53,303 bases of DNA, from positions 1 to 53,303 of the forward strand of contig JARRRI010000002.1 of assembly GCA_037380845.1 (NCBI GenBank), given 5' to 3'. The position numbers were made by a program, and so were the translations under genes. Under the pieces are notes generated by a model. It was not told the DNA's origin, did no database searches, and was given only the letters and a program-made list of their open reading frames with translations. Of this stretch, positions 1-11,578 are shown one piece after another. Origin of the DNA: Candidatus Sulfobium sp. (GTDB lineage Bacteria > Nitrospirota > Thermodesulfovibrionia > Thermodesulfovibrionales > UBA6898). The number at the start of each line of letters is the position of its first letter. The stretch's first letter is position 1.

Positions 1-74
1 GTCAAAACCTCTTACAAAGAAGCGCTCTTTTGATATACAATAATTCATCGACAATATATGGAGGAACCCTACCT

Positions 75-959
75 ATGAAGGAGATCTTATTAGCCGTTTT
101 CCTGGTCGTCTCGATTGTTGCCTGTTCGAAGAAAGAGGCGGCGAAGAACGGGCCTTACCTCGCCAAAGTCGACGGAACCCCCATAACTCAGGCTGATTTC
201 GACAGGGAGATCCGGTCGTTGCCCGATTACGCACGGCAGATGTTCGAAGGCCCGGGGGGAAAGGAAAAGTTCCTTGGGGAGGTGATCAACAAGGAGGTCC
301 TTTACCAGGAGGCGCTGAAACAGGGTATGGACAAGAGTCCCGAGTTCATCAGGAAAATGGAGGACGCCAGAAAGATGGCTCTCATTTCGGACCTCCTGGA
401 AAAGGAGATAATGTCCACGGTTAAAGTGACCGACAAGGACGTCAGGGACTATTATGACCGGCATCGGAACGACTTCACGACGATGAATCAGATCAGGGCC
501 AGTCATATACTCGTGAAGACCAGGGCCGAAGCGGAGAAAGTGCTGGAGAGGTTGAAAAAGGGAGAGAAGTTCGCTGAGATCGCCAGAAAGGAATCCATAG
601 ACAGGGCCTCGGCAAAAAACGGGGGGGACATAGGTTATTTCTCCCGGGGGCAGATAGTGCCGGAGTTTGAGAAGGCTGCCGCATCGCTGGATGTAGGCCA
701 GATAAGCGGACCGGTGAAGACACGGTTCGGGTATCACATCATTAAAGTCACGGACAAGAAGACCGGACCGGTTGCGGAGTTTGAAAGGGTCAAGGAGATT
801 ATCCGGGAGAAATTGACCGGACAGAAACAGAAAGAGGCATTCGATTCATACCTCGACGGACTTATGAAGAAATACAAGGTGGAAGTCAATAAAGAGGCAT
901 TTGCGGCGTCAAAGGATTCGGTCAAGGGCACGGCCCCGAAGAAAAGCCATGCAGAATAA
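75..959 (+). CDS. PpiC/parvulin-type peptidyl-prolyl isomerase lipoprotein (PrsA/SurA-like foldase)
   Basis: Lipobox-like IVAC after a hydrophobic N-terminus; parvulin motifs RASHILV, GGDIGYF, PVKTRFGYHIIKV; GGAGG upstream of ATG 75. Confidence 0.9.
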   Translation: MKEILLAVFLVVSIVACSKKEAAKNGPYLAKVDGTPITQADFDREIRSLPDYARQMFEGPGGKEKFLGEVINKEVLYQEALKQGMDKSPEFIRKMEDARKMALISDLLEKEIMSTVKVTDKDVRDYYDRHRNDFTTMNQIRASHILVKTRAEAEKVLERLKKGEKFAEIARKESIDRASAKNGGDIGYFSRGQIVPEFEKAAASLDVGQISGPVKTRFGYHIIKVTDKKTGPVAEFERVKEIIREKLTGQKQKEAFDSYLDGLMKKYKVEVNKEAFAASKDSVKGTAPKKSHAE

Positions 960-1118
960 ACCGCGACTTTAACCGCAGAGACACTGACCCACGGAGAAAA
1001 GCCCACTTTCAAATTTTCCTTTAATACAAAGGGTCGAGGGATTGTTTCTGTCTCTACTTTTCCAAAGGGGGATGCCGGCGAGGCATATCGGTACCGGTAC
1101 GTACTTATAATTATAAAA

Positions 1119-2948
1119 TCATCTTGACTCTAAGGGGACTACGTGCTTCATGAACCGAATCCATATCGGGAGAGCAGCCGCCGCGCCGGTCTCTTTTCTG
1201 CCGATGGGTTTATGATTGTCTCTTCCCACCCACACCCCCACGGCGAGATGGTCGTCGAACCCGATGAACCAGGCATCCGTGCAGTCATTAGTCGTTCCTG
1301 TTTTTCCGAATACAGGCCTGCCGAGTATTTGCGCCCTTCTACCCGTTCCTTCCGCGATTACCGCCCCGAGCAACTCCCTGATTTCCTTTACGACTTTGTC
1401 GCTTAAGACATCGGAGTAGTGAGGGTAGACCTCCTCGGTTACTATCCCGTCCCTGTTCTCGATTCTGTCGTAATCGATCAGGTTTGTCTTCTTGCCGGTA
1501 GCTAATGCCGAATATGCGTGCACCATCTCAAGCAGCGTTACGTCGGAGGCCCCCAGTGCTATCGGCAGATAAGGCTGCAGGTTGCTCGTGATGCCGAGCC
1601 TCTTTGCCGTCTTGATTATGGGCTGGACTCCGAACCAGCTGGCCAGCCTCACTGTTGCGGCGTTAAGCGACTTTGCCATGGCCGTTTCCAGAGTGACCTC
1701 GCCGTTGAATTCGCCCTCGTAATTCTGGGGGGACCAGACCTGATCGGGATTCGCCCCCTTGAATGTTATGGGGGAATCGTCGACGACATCCGAGGGGGTC
1801 ATCCCTTCTTCCATCGCGGTTGCATAGACGAAGGGTTTGAACGAAGAGCCGGGTTGTCTGAGGGCCTGCGTAGCCCTGTTGAATTGATTCTTCCAGAAAT
1901 CCGAACCACCCACCATCGCCTTTATCTGGCCGCTCCGAAGGTCTACCGCGACCAGCGCGGCCTGTATGCCGGGCTTTTCTCTTTTCTCGACGCTCTTTAC
2001 GCCGTCTGAAACGGCTTTTTCCGCGATATGCTGCATTTTGAGGTTTATGGTGGAATATATCCTGTAACCCGCCGTATAGATCTTGGCCCCATATTTGAGT
2101 TCGAGCTGCTGTCTGAGCATCTCGACAAAATAAGGGGCTTCATATTTCCTGTAATGAGGGGAATCCGGGACCGGGTCCTTCAGAGCCTCTTTGTACTGGG
2201 CTTTTGTTATGTACTTGTGTTTGAGCATTTCGCGCAGCACCAGCGAGCGTCTCTTTTTTGCCCTCTCGGGGTTCCTGAAAGGGGAGTAAAAAGACGGGGC
2301 CTTCGGGAGGGAAGCCAGAAGAGCCGCCTCTCCGATGGAAAGGTCCGTTACGGGCTTGCCGAAATAGGTCTGCGAAGCTGCCTCTATGCCGAAGGCCCTG
2401 GAACCGAAATAGGTCTGGTTGAGGTAGAGGCCGAGTATTTCGTCTTTTGTGTAGCGCTTTTCTATCTGCAGGGACAGTATAGCTTCCTTCACCTTTCTGA
2501 TGATGGACTTCTCCGGTTTGAGAAAGAGCATCTTTGCGAGCTGCTGGGTAATCGTGCTTCCGCCCTCTACCATTTTGCGGGCCTTTATATCGTGGTAGAG
2601 GGCGCGCATTGTGCCGATGAAGTCGATTCCGGAATGGCTGTAGAAACGGGCGTCCTCAATGGCAACGAAGGCCTTCTTTACGTGGTCCGGGATCTTATAG
2701 TACGGGACAAAGGTCCTTCTCTCGTAGTAGAACTCGGCGAGCACCTTCCCGTCACTTGAGTAGACCTTCGATGATTCCATCGGCGCGTATTGCTCGATGG
2801 CATCGACCCGTGGGAGGTCGGAGAGGGTCCAGTAGGCCACCCCTCCCGAGATTCCGCAGACCGCCGCAAGGATCAGGAAAAGGACTATCGCCCGTACTGT
2901 TTTCGCTCTTCTTTCGTGTCTTTCAAGGTCCTGCTCAAGTGTGGGCAT
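1119..2948 (-). CDS. Class A penicillin-binding protein (PBP1A family transglycosylase/transpeptidase)
   Basis: N-terminal TM; EDARFYSH and GGSTITQQLAK transglycosylase motifs; SSFK, SLN and KTG transpeptidase motifs. Confidence 0.95.
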   Translation of the reverse strand: MPTLEQDLERHERRAKTVRAIVLFLILAAVCGISGGVAYWTLSDLPRVDAIEQYAPMESSKVYSSDGKVLAEFYYERRTFVPYYKIPDHVKKAFVAIEDARFYSHSGIDFIGTMRALYHDIKARKMVEGGSTITQQLAKMLFLKPEKSIIRKVKEAILSLQIEKRYTKDEILGLYLNQTYFGSRAFGIEAASQTYFGKPVTDLSIGEAALLASLPKAPSFYSPFRNPERAKKRRSLVLREMLKHKYITKAQYKEALKDPVPDSPHYRKYEAPYFVEMLRQQLELKYGAKIYTAGYRIYSTINLKMQHIAEKAVSDGVKSVEKREKPGIQAALVAVDLRSGQIKAMVGGSDFWKNQFNRATQALRQPGSSFKPFVYATAMEEGMTPSDVVDDSPITFKGANPDQVWSPQNYEGEFNGEVTLETAMAKSLNAATVRLASWFGVQPIIKTAKRLGITSNLQPYLPIALGASDVTLLEMVHAYSALATGKKTNLIDYDRIENRDGIVTEEVYPHYSDVLSDKVVKEIRELLGAVIAEGTGRRAQILGRPVFGKTGTTNDCTDAWFIGFDDHLAVGVWVGRDNHKPIGRKETGAAAALPIWIRFMKHVVPLESR

Positions 2949-3069
2949 GTTCAGATTATTATACTACTGCAGGCAGCCGGCTGACAAAAAGGATTCCGGA
3001 AAACAAGGCGCTGGAACATTGGAAAGCCGGGCAGGCACAAGATCTGCCCCTGCTTCTGTCGGTTGGACC

Positions 3070-5067
3070 CTATTTCTTCAAGAGCTTCTTCGCCCTCGCA
3101 ACGACATTGTCGACGGTGAAACCGAATTTCTCGAACAGTACCTTTGCGGGCGCGGAAGCCCCGAAGCGGTCCAGGCCGATCACATCGCCCCTGAGGCCGA
3201 TGTACTTGTACCACCCCAGTGTCGCTCCCGCCTCGACCGCCAGCCTCGTCTCAACTTCCGGGGGCAGCACCTTTCTTTTGTATAATTCGGGCTGGCCTTC
3301 GAAGAACTCAAAGCAGGGCATGTTTACCACACGGACCTTGACACCATCCTTCTTCAAATTTTCGGCCGCCTCCAGGACCAGGTGTATCTCCGAGCCGGAA
3401 GACATGAGAATAATGTCGGGGCGTCCCTTCGAATCCGAAAGGATGTAGCCGCCCTTAAAGAGCCCGTCGGCGGATGGGAATTTCTTCCTGTCGAGAACGG
3501 GAAGCTTCTGTCTTGTGAGAATGAGGGCATGAGGTCTGCCGCTGTCGCTTAAGGCGGCTTTCCATGCGACAGAGGTTTCATTTGCATCGGCAGGCCTTAT
3601 TACCGCCAGGTCCGGCATCGCCCTCAGGCTGGTGAGGTGCCCTATGGGCTGGTGCGTCGGGCCGTCCTCGCCTAGTCCTATGGAATCGTGGGTGAAGACA
3701 TATATAACATGAGTTTTCATGAGGGCGGCAAGCCTTATGGAAGGGCGCATGTAGTCGGAGAAAACGAGAAAGGTCCCCCCATAGGGTATAAGCATTTTAC
3801 TCAGGGCCATGCCGTTCAGAGCTGCGCCCATCGCGTTCTCCCGTACGCCGAAGTGGATGTTTCTTCCACCTTTGACGGCCCCGAAGTCTGCATACTTTTT
3901 CAGGCGGGTGTTGTTGGAAGGCGCCAGGTCGGCCGATCCCCCGACCAGCTGGGGAAGCAGGTCAGCGACCGCGTTCAGCACCTTGCCCGAAGCGCTGCGC
4001 GTTGCGATCGCGCCGTCAGCCGGTGTGAAAGCCGGAAGCCGGTCTACCCATGCCTCGGGCAGAGTTCCCTTTGAGAAGTCGTTCCATTTTTTTGCCAGAG
4101 AGGGATATTTCTTTCTGTACCTTCCGAGGAGCACCTTCCACTTCTGTTCCGCGGTCTTTCCTTTCCTGACCGCTTCCTTCATACTGGCAGACACCGGCCC
4201 GGGGATGCAGAAGTTTTTCGAGGGGACGCAGAGGTTTGCCTTGGTAAGGCGAATCTCCTCCTGCCCGAGGGGCGAGCCGTGTACGTCGGCGGTACCCTGC
4301 CTGTTCGGACTGCCGAACCCGATGTGTGTGCGGACGATGACAAGGGAGGGTCTCTTCCTTTCGGCCCTGGCCGATTTTATTGCACTCTCGATCCCCTTCA
4401 GGTCATCACTGTCGGCCCGGGCAACATGCCAGCCGTAGGCCCCGAACCTTTTGGCGACATCTTCCGTGAACGTGAGGTCCGTAGGTCCTTCTATCGTTAT
4501 CTTGTTGTCGGAATAGAGGTAGACGATTTTTCCGAGTTTAAGGTGTCCTGCGAGGGAGGCCGCCTCGGAAGATATGCCCTCCATTATGTCCCCGTCGCTG
4601 ACGATAGCGTAAGTATTGTAATCGACAAGGGGAAATCCCGGTTTATTGAACGTCTCGGAAAGGTATTTCTCTGCCATTGCCATCCCCACCCCGGTGGCGA
4701 AACCCTGTCCGAGGGGACCGGTGGTGGTCTCTATGCCGCACCCGGGGCAGTATTCAGGATGGCCGGGGGTCTTGCTTTCCCACTGGCGGAAATTCTTTAT
4801 GTCTGCCAGTGATATATTGTATCCTGAAAGATGAAGGAGACTGTACAGAAGCATTGAACCGTGCCCGGCAGACAATACGAACCGGTCGCGGTTATGCCAT
4901 CCGGGGTTCTTCGGGTTATGTTTGAGAAAGCGGGACCACAACACATAAGCCATCGGCGCATCACCCATAGGCATGCCGGGATGTCCCGAGTTAGCCTTTT
5001 GTACGGCGTCTACCGCAAGCATCCGTATTGTGTTGATGCACTGTTCGTCTATGTCTGCATTTTTCAT
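3070..5067 (-). CDS. tkt: Transketolase
   Basis: [48 protein letters not shown] motifs. Confidence 0.98.
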   Translation of the reverse strand: MKNADIDEQCINTIRMLAVDAVQKANSGHPGMPMGDAPMAYVLWSRFLKHNPKNPGWHNRDRFVLSAGHGSMLLYSLLHLSGYNISLADIKNFRQWESKTPGHPEYCPGCGIETTTGPLGQGFATGVGMAMAEKYLSETFNKPGFPLVDYNTYAIVSDGDIMEGISSEAASLAGHLKLGKIVYLYSDNKITIEGPTDLTFTEDVAKRFGAYGWHVARADSDDLKGIESAIKSARAERKRPSLVIVRTHIGFGSPNRQGTADVHGSPLGQEEIRLTKANLCVPSKNFCIPGPVSASMKEAVRKGKTAEQKWKVLLGRYRKKYPSLAKKWNDFSKGTLPEAWVDRLPAFTPADGAIATRSASGKVLNAVADLLPQLVGGSADLAPSNNTRLKKYADFGAVKGGRNIHFGVRENAMGAALNGMALSKMLIPYGGTFLVFSDYMRPSIRLAALMKTHVIYVFTHDSIGLGEDGPTHQPIGHLTSLRAMPDLAVIRPADANETSVAWKAALSDSGRPHALILTRQKLPVLDRKKFPSADGLFKGGYILSDSKGRPDIILMSSGSEIHLVLEAAENLKKDGVKVRVVNMPCFEFFEGQPELYKRKVLPPEVETRLAVEAGATLGWYKYIGLRGDVIGLDRFGASAPAKVLFEKFGFTVDNVVARAKKLLKK

Positions 5068-5241
5068 CGTCGCCTCCAGTCATCCGATGGACTTGGAAAT
5101 TTCCCGCAATACCCCGCATGCGGCGACGTTATCTTAACACAACTTAAAGGCCCTTTTCATGGGCGATGTCCACAGGTGTCGATGATTTCCGGGACAAGCA
5201 CTTTACATGAATACCTCCATGTCTTATGCTAAGTATTAAGT

Positions 5242-5496
5242 ATGGGTCGATGGGTGGAACTATATATGACCTATGACCAGCTCGAAGCCGAGATGATCAA
5301 GGATATCCTCGAAAGCGGGGGGATTGAAGTCGTAATAGAATCGGCAAAACTCACCCCCTATCCCGTTAATTTGGGAAGGATGGGCGAAGTAAAAATCCTT
5401 GTGAAGGAAGAGGACAGGGAGACGGCAGAAGAGATAATAAAGGCCGTACCCCAGGAGGAGGGTTACGGCACAGGATCTGAAGAAGAAGCCTCCTGA
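5242..5496 (+). CDS. DUF2007-like small putative signal-transducing protein
   Basis: EAEMIKDILESGGIEV...EVKILVKEEDRETAEEII pattern typical of this family. Confidence 0.7.
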   Translation: MGRWVELYMTYDQLEAEMIKDILESGGIEVVIESAKLTPYPVNLGRMGEVKILVKEEDRETAEEIIKAVPQEEGYGTGSEEEAS

Positions 5497-5523
5497 AGCA
5501 TTGAACGAAAAGAGGACGTTTGT

Positions 5524-5928
5524 GTGCAATCAGGACTGAATGAGTTGAAAAAGGAGGTCTTTTACAGACTTTTGGACCTTGCGGGGAGGGTGTTCGTTCT
5601 TGTGGAACACGCGGACGGTGTGGTTATCGGTACCAGGGGCTTCATGCCGGAGGAAAAAGAAAAAGGCATTGTACTGGTGTTCAATAACAAAATGAATTTT
5701 CAGTGGGAAGAATCGGGGATCTCCGCGAAACTTGTCTTCGGCACGACTCCTCAGCAGTGCTTTATCCCTCCCGACGCGATCATCTCGATTTTTTCCCCGG
5801 AAATTTCGGCTCAATTTTCGGTTTCTCCTGAGGCCGGCGGGGAGCCTCAGACGCCGGAGGCCGGGCCGGAAGAAAAGCCTGCGGCCGACAGAAAGGTCGT
5901 AAAAGTCGATTTCCAGAAGAAGAAATAG
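5524..5928 (+). CDS. SspB-like ClpXP adaptor (stringent starvation protein B-like)
   Basis: LVLVFN, GISAKLVFG..PQQCFIPPDAIISIF core and C-terminal KVVKVDF tail resembling a ClpX-binding tail. Confidence 0.65.
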   Translation: MQSGLNELKKEVFYRLLDLAGRVFVLVEHADGVVIGTRGFMPEEKEKGIVLVFNNKMNFQWEESGISAKLVFGTTPQQCFIPPDAIISIFSPEISAQFSVSPEAGGEPQTPEAGPEEKPAADRKVVKVDFQKKK

Positions 5929-6029
5929 CCGAACATCCCTTCAGTTGTGAAGGCTCCAGCGCTCCCGTTTCTTGCAAACTATAATCTGCGAGTGCTAAAC
6001 TTTAAAATTCCAGATTGGCGGAGGACACG

Positions 6030-7484
6030 TTGGAGCTTTCCGGTCTCGGCATTCATGACCTTGTAAGGATGCGTGATAAGGGCGAGGTTTCGTCAAGAGA
6101 GATCCTTGATTCGGTCTATAAAAGGATAGAAGAAGTCGAGTCGAAGGTGGCGGCTTACGTTACCCTTACCAGAGATGAAGCATTCAGGATGGCTGACAGG
6201 GCGGACCGGGAGATCGCTGCGGGACACGGCAAACCGCTTTCGGGCATCCCGATCGCAGTCAAGGACAATATGTGCACGAAGGGTATCCTTACTACGTGCG
6301 CTTCGAAGATTCTGCACAACTTTGTACCGCCTTACGAAAGTACGGTCACTTCCAGACTGATCGAAAGCGGATATGTCCTGACGGGCAAGGCCAATCTGGA
6401 CGAGTTTGCGATGGGGTCCTCGACAGAGAATTCCGGATTTCGTACCACCAGAAATCCATGGGATACCCGGAGAATACCCGGAGGGTCAAGCGGCGGGTCG
6501 GCCGCGGCCGTTGCCGCCGACGAATGCATCGCCGCCCTAGGTTCCGACACGGGCGGATCTATCAGACAGCCGGCATCTTTATGCGGGGTGGTGGGCATGA
6601 AGCCCACCTACGGAAGGGTTTCCAGATACGGCCTTGTGGCCTTTGCCTCTTCCCTCGACCAGATAGGTCCGATTGCAAAGAACGTGAAGGACTGCGCCCT
6701 GTTGCTGAACGTCATAGCCGGGAGGGACCCCTTCGACTCCACTTCCGCGCCCGTCGATGTGCCTGACTTCACGGCTGCAATAGGGAAGGAAATTCAAGGG
6801 TTGAGGGTCGGTGTTCCGAAAGAATATTTCATCGAAGGCATGGACCCGGAGGTGGAGGAAGCAGTGAGGGCGGCCATAAGGAAATTCGAATCCCTCGGCG
6901 CAGTGCCGATTGAAGTTTCACTGCCCCATACAGACTATGCCGTTGCGACTTACTACGTACTGGCCACCTCCGAAGCAAGTTCCAACCTGGCGAGATATGA
7001 CGGCGTGAAATACGGTCGCCGGGCGGAGGGCAGGGACCTGATGGAGATGTACATGAAGTCACGGGCCGAGGGTTTCGGCGCGGAGGTGAAGAGGAGGATC
7101 ATGCTCGGCACATACACCCTTTCATCGGGATATTACGATGCTTACTATAAAAAGGCCCAGCAGGTGCGCACCCTCATAAAGAACGACTTCGATGAGGTTT
7201 TCAGGGACGCCGACGTAGTCCTGACACCTACCTCGCCGACTCCGGCGTTCAAACTCGGAGAGAGGTCCGAAGATCCCCTCAGGATGTACTTGGCAGACAT
7301 CTTCACGATCTCGGCAAACCTCGCGGGAGTACCCGGCATTTCGGTTCCCTGCGGTTTTACTGCGGACAACCTTCCGATCGGCCTCCAGCTGATCGGAAAA
7401 CACTTCGATGAGGCCACGCTGCTGAAGGCGGCTCACGCTTACGAGCAGGCGACTGAATGGCATAAGAGAAAGCCCGCCTTATGA
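6030..7484 (+). CDS. gatA: Asp/Glu-tRNA amidotransferase subunit A
   Basis: Amidase signature [36 protein letters not shown] 6030 follows GGAGGA (ORF track start is 6015). Confidence 0.97.
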   Translation: MELSGLGIHDLVRMRDKGEVSSREILDSVYKRIEEVESKVAAYVTLTRDEAFRMADRADREIAAGHGKPLSGIPIAVKDNMCTKGILTTCASKILHNFVPPYESTVTSRLIESGYVLTGKANLDEFAMGSSTENSGFRTTRNPWDTRRIPGGSSGGSAAAVAADECIAALGSDTGGSIRQPASLCGVVGMKPTYGRVSRYGLVAFASSLDQIGPIAKNVKDCALLLNVIAGRDPFDSTSAPVDVPDFTAAIGKEIQGLRVGVPKEYFIEGMDPEVEEAVRAAIRKFESLGAVPIEVSLPHTDYAVATYYVLATSEASSNLARYDGVKYGRRAEGRDLMEMYMKSRAEGFGAEVKRRIMLGTYTLSSGYYDAYYKKAQQVRTLIKNDFDEVFRDADVVLTPTSPTPAFKLGERSEDPLRMYLADIFTISANLAGVPGISVPCGFTADNLPIGLQLIGKHFDEATLLKAAHAYEQATEWHKRKPAL

Positions 7485-8908
7485 AATACGAAGCAGTCAT
7501 AGGCCTCGAAGTCCACGCCCAGATGCTCACGGATACCAAGATATTCTGCGGCTGCTCAACAAAGTTCGGTTCCGAGCCGAATACCCAGACCTGCCAGGTA
7601 TGCACGGGAATGCCGGGCGTCCTCCCCGTGCTGAACAGGAAGGTACTGGAATTTGCGGTGCGGACCGGACTCGCGATGAACTGCAGCATCTCGCCCTACA
7701 GCCGTTTCGCAAGGAAGAATTATTTTTACCCTGATCTTCCCAAGGGATACCAGATAAGCCAGTATGAATTGCCTATATGCGAGCACGGGTTCGTGGAGAT
7801 TGTGGTGGAAGACGAAGTCCGAAAGGTGGGAATTACCCGCATTCACATGGAGGAAGACGCGGGCAAAAATATCCACGAGGGCGGGGGGTACAGCTTCGTC
7901 GATCTGAACAGGGCAGGCGTTCCCCTTATGGAGATTGTCTCCGAGCCTGACATAAGAAGCCCCGGGGAGGCCTCGGAATACATGAAGAAACTCAGGGCAA
8001 TCCTCAGGTATTTGGGGGTCTGCGACGGTAATATGGAACAGGGTTCCCTGAGGTGCGACGCGAATGTCTCGATAAGGCCGGTGGGTCGGGAAGAATATGG
8101 TACCAGGGCCGAGGTCAAGAACATCAATTCCTTCAGGTTTGTCGAAAAGGCCCTGGAATACGAGATCAAGCGGCAGGTCCGGGTCGTGGAAGGAGGGGGC
8201 AGGGTTTTACAGGAGACCAGACTCTGGGATGCGGCCAGAGGCGTAACCGGGTCAATGCGCTCGAAGGAAGAGGCGCATGATTACCGTTATTTCCCTGAAC
8301 CGGACCTCGTGCCCATCGTGGGCGAAGACAGATGGCTTGATGAGATCAGGGCATATCTCCCCGAATTGCCCGATGAGAAGAGGGAACGCTTTGTGGGAGA
8401 CTTCGGACTTCCCGAATATGATGCGGACCTGCTTACTTCGGAAAGGCCCGTCGCCGAGTGGTTCGAAGAGGTTGTAGCAGCCGGGGCGCAACCCAAGGCG
8501 GCCTCCAACTGGATGATGGGCGACCTCATGAGGCTGCTGAACGAGGAGAATAGACCTATTGAGGAGTGTGCCATAAGTCCGGGTCAGCTGGCTTCCATGA
8601 TCAGGCTCATCGATGCCGGGACCATAAGCGGCAAGATCGCAAAGACCGTCTTCGCTGAAATGTACAGGACCGGCGGAGACCCGGAGACCATTGTCAGGGA
8701 GAAGGGACTGGTCCAGATCAGCGATGAGTCGGAGATTGAAAAAGCCGTGGACGCCGTGATAGCAGGAAACCCGAACGAGGTCGGGAGATACAAGGGGGGT
8801 GAGGAAAAGCTGCTGGGCTTCTTCGTCGGCCAGGTAATGAAGAAGATGAAGGGCAAGGCAAATCCAAGGATGCTCAACGAACTTCTGCGGAAGAAACTGA
8901 GCGGCTAG
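7481..8908 (+). CDS. gatB: Asp/Glu-tRNA amidotransferase subunit B
   Basis: [43 protein letters not shown]; overlaps the gatA stop. Confidence 0.98.
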   Translation: MKYEAVIGLEVHAQMLTDTKIFCGCSTKFGSEPNTQTCQVCTGMPGVLPVLNRKVLEFAVRTGLAMNCSISPYSRFARKNYFYPDLPKGYQISQYELPICEHGFVEIVVEDEVRKVGITRIHMEEDAGKNIHEGGGYSFVDLNRAGVPLMEIVSEPDIRSPGEASEYMKKLRAILRYLGVCDGNMEQGSLRCDANVSIRPVGREEYGTRAEVKNINSFRFVEKALEYEIKRQVRVVEGGGRVLQETRLWDAARGVTGSMRSKEEAHDYRYFPEPDLVPIVGEDRWLDEIRAYLPELPDEKRERFVGDFGLPEYDADLLTSERPVAEWFEEVVAAGAQPKAASNWMMGDLMRLLNEENRPIEECAISPGQLASMIRLIDAGTISGKIAKTVFAEMYRTGGDPETIVREKGLVQISDESEIEKAVDAVIAGNPNEVGRYKGGEEKLLGFFVGQVMKKMKGKANPRMLNELLRKKLSG

Positions 8909-8955
8909 AACGGATCCCCGGTTTTGGCCATGGGCCAGAAATACAGAAGATCCTG

Positions 8956-9037
8956 CCACGGAGTCACAGAGTCACGGTTGAAAAAGAAAAGTCAGCAGTA
9001 ATGAATGCTTTCTCCGCGCCTCCGTGTCTCCGTGGTT
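8956..9037. repeat. Imperfect inverted-repeat intergenic element (CCACGGAGNCACNGAG type) between convergent genes
   Basis: CCACGGAGTCACAGAGTCACGG at 8956 pairs with CCGCGCCTCCGTGTCTCCGTGG at 9014-9035; related arm at 971-1000. Confidence 0.6.
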
Positions 9038-9043
9038 GGTTTC

Positions 9044-9511
9044 TCAGTAGATCTGCTCGAGCAGGTAGTTCTGGATTCCCACCTGTTTGATCTGGTCCAG
9101 CTGGGCCTCGATCCAGTCTATGTGGTCCTCTTCATCCTTGAGGATCGACTGAAGAAGGTCGCGAGTGCCGTTGTCCCCCACCTCGACCGCCAGCCGGATG
9201 CTTTCGTTGTAACCCTTGATGGCCGTTTCTTCAGCAGTATGGTCATTCTCGTGCATCTTCGGTACCTCACTGCCGATATGCATTTCATTGAGATTGCTGA
9301 CTATCGGCCGCCCTTCCAGGAAGAGGATGCGGGCGATCAGTTTCTCGGCGTGCTTCATCTCGGTGATGGCCCGCTTCTCGATCACTTCATCCAGGTGTTT
9401 GTATTTCCAGTTGTCACACATCTCGGCATGCACCATGTACTGGTTGATCGCCGTCAGTTCCTCTGCCAAACGGGCGTTCAAATGGTCGATGAGTTTCTCA
9501 TTCCCTTTCAT
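9044..9511 (-). CDS. bfr: Bacterioferritin
   Basis: MKGNEKLID start, EELTAINQY, EMKHA (haem-ligand Met), EEDHIDW ferroxidase motifs. Confidence 0.95.
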   Translation of the reverse strand: MKGNEKLIDHLNARLAEELTAINQYMVHAEMCDNWKYKHLDEVIEKRAITEMKHAEKLIARILFLEGRPIVSNLNEMHIGSEVPKMHENDHTAEETAIKGYNESIRLAVEVGDNGTRDLLQSILKDEEDHIDWIEAQLDQIKQVGIQNYLLEQIY

Positions 9512-9726
9512 ACATGACCTCCTCTATCAGCTTAGTGTTCCGAAGAAAGACACTTCAGAATGGGCATCCGCGTGCGGCTGCCTTTAACCAAATCTTATCA
9601 GACTTTTCGTCAAGGTCAAGTCTTACGGCAGCAACAGTCATCGTCAAATGTGAAACCCGCTCCGTTGCTTACCCTCTCCCCGGGAGAGGCCGTTTCAATC
9701 CGGGCGGTTGTGTTCTAAAATTTATT

Positions 9727-10443
9727 ATGGGCTTGCTTGAGATAAGGGATCTTACTTTTGGGGCCGGCGGCAAGAAAATTCTTGAGGGTTTCTCCATGAC
9801 AATCGAACCGGCGGAAGTCCATGCCCTCCTCGGGACGAACGGCACCGGAAAAAGCACTTTGGCATATCTCGTTATGGGTTGCGAGGGGTATAGGCCGACA
9901 TCAGGCGAGATAATATTTGAAGGCGGGGTGATTAATGACCTAAAGGTTCATGAAAGGGCTCAACTCGGAATAACAATGGCCTGGCAGGAGCCGGTGAGGT
10001 TTGAGGGCATCACGGTAAGGGGTTATCTTACCCTCGGGAACGAGGCCGGGGATGCTTCCCTTTATCTGCGGATGGTTGGGCTTCATCCCGATCTCTATCT
10101 GGACCGTATGGTCGATAAATCTCTGAGCGGCGGCGAAAGAAAGAGGATCGAGCTTGCCTCCGTGCTGGGACTGAGGCCCAGGCTTGCCGTTCTCGACGAA
10201 CCTGATTCGGGCATCGATATGCTTTCAACCGAAGACATCGTCAACGTAATTGATGCTTTCAGAAAAAGCGGCGCATCGGTTTTTTTGATTACTCACCGTG
10301 AAGAGATCGTGGTAATTGCCGACAGGGCGTCCCAGATCTGCAGCGGGCGAATCGTCTGCTCCGGCCACCCGGAAGCAGTGGCGGAATATTTTAAATCAAG
10401 AAAATGTCTGGTATGTGACGGGGAGACCTGCGTTTATGTCTGA
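9727..10443 (+). CDS. sufC: SufC-like Fe-S assembly ABC ATPase with Cys-containing tail (SmsC type)
   Basis: GTNGTGKS Walker A, LSGGERKR, LDEPDSGID; C-terminal CLVCDGETC. Confidence 0.85.
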   Translation: MGLLEIRDLTFGAGGKKILEGFSMTIEPAEVHALLGTNGTGKSTLAYLVMGCEGYRPTSGEIIFEGGVINDLKVHERAQLGITMAWQEPVRFEGITVRGYLTLGNEAGDASLYLRMVGLHPDLYLDRMVDKSLSGGERKRIELASVLGLRPRLAVLDEPDSGIDMLSTEDIVNVIDAFRKSGASVFLITHREEIVVIADRASQICSGRIVCSGHPEAVAEYFKSRKCLVCDGETCVYV

Positions 10444-11371
10444 GCTTGATGCATTGATGGAAGCGTTCGGGGAAGCCGGGGGAGACAAGGCGTTCCTCGC
10501 CGGCGAAAGTATCGGCCACCTTGCGGCAAGCGGCCGTAAGCTGCTCAGCATGAGAAGTGTCGAAGGGCTGGAAGTCTCTGCAAAAGAGACGTTTACCGGC
10601 ATCAGTGCTTTCGTGACGGTCAAAGAAGGCTTTAAGATAAAGAACCCCGTCCATCTCTGTTTCGGCGTCCTTCACAAAAAAGGGATCCAAAAGATCAAAA
10701 TGGATGTGAAGCTGGAGAAAAACTCGGCCGCGAGCTTCATGGCTCACTGCATCTTCCCGCGGGCGGAGAGCGTAAAACACATAATGGATGCTGAGGTAGA
10801 AATCGGGGAAGGGGCCGAAATGAGGTATTCGGAGACCCACTACCACGGACTGTACGGAGGGATAGAAGTAAGACCGCGATCGGTCGTCAGGATCGGCAGT
10901 GGCGGCAGGTATTTTTCGGATTTTACTCTGACCACAGGCATAGTGGGATCGCTCGATATTGACTATTACGTCGAGGCCGGAGAAAATGCGGTCAGTGAGT
11001 TGACGGCGAGGGTATTCGGGCATGCGGCCGATAACATCAGGATAAAGGAAAAGATTTCTCTGGACGGCGAAAAAGCGCGGGGGCTGATAAAGACCAGGAT
11101 CGCCATCGAAGATGAAGCCACTGCCGAGGTAACCGGCATCACCGAAGGAAATGCCGCATATGCACGGGGGCATGTTGACTGCATGGAGATAGTCAAGGAC
11201 AGAGCTGTAGCCAGGGCGGTCCCCATAGTAAACGTTACGAACCCCCTGGCAAAGGTAACCCATGAGGCCGCGATAGGAAGCGTCGACAAAAGACAGATCG
11301 AGACCCTCATGGCTCATGGACTCTCCCCTGAAGAAGCGGTGGACCTGATAGTGAAGGGGATACTCCGGTAG
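10436..11371 (+). CDS. sufB: SufB/SufD-family Fe-S scaffold (short SmsB type)
   Basis: PVHLCFG, AHCIFP, ARGHVDCMEI, THEAAIGSVD motifs; overlaps the upstream ATPase. Confidence 0.85.
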   Translation: MSELDALMEAFGEAGGDKAFLAGESIGHLAASGRKLLSMRSVEGLEVSAKETFTGISAFVTVKEGFKIKNPVHLCFGVLHKKGIQKIKMDVKLEKNSAASFMAHCIFPRAESVKHIMDAEVEIGEGAEMRYSETHYHGLYGGIEVRPRSVVRIGSGGRYFSDFTLTTGIVGSLDIDYYVEAGENAVSELTARVFGHAADNIRIKEKISLDGEKARGLIKTRIAIEDEATAEVTGITEGNAAYARGHVDCMEIVKDRAVARAVPIVNVTNPLAKVTHEAAIGSVDKRQIETLMAHGLSPEEAVDLIVKGILR

Positions 11372-11578
11372 TTTCCGCTTCGCCGCAATACCAATGATAT
11401 CGATAACCGGTGGTCTGGTCAATTGAATGTTGTTCAGTTGTCTGATCCACTTGTAATAAATAGCTGGCGTGGCGTGATTCCTGCAGGATTTTTGGCCGCT
11501 CTGATCTCGCCCTGCTGGCTGCGAAGCTCAGGGAGATTGTAAACAAAAGCTGACTGCTCGTGAGTAGTTCAGCTCCGC

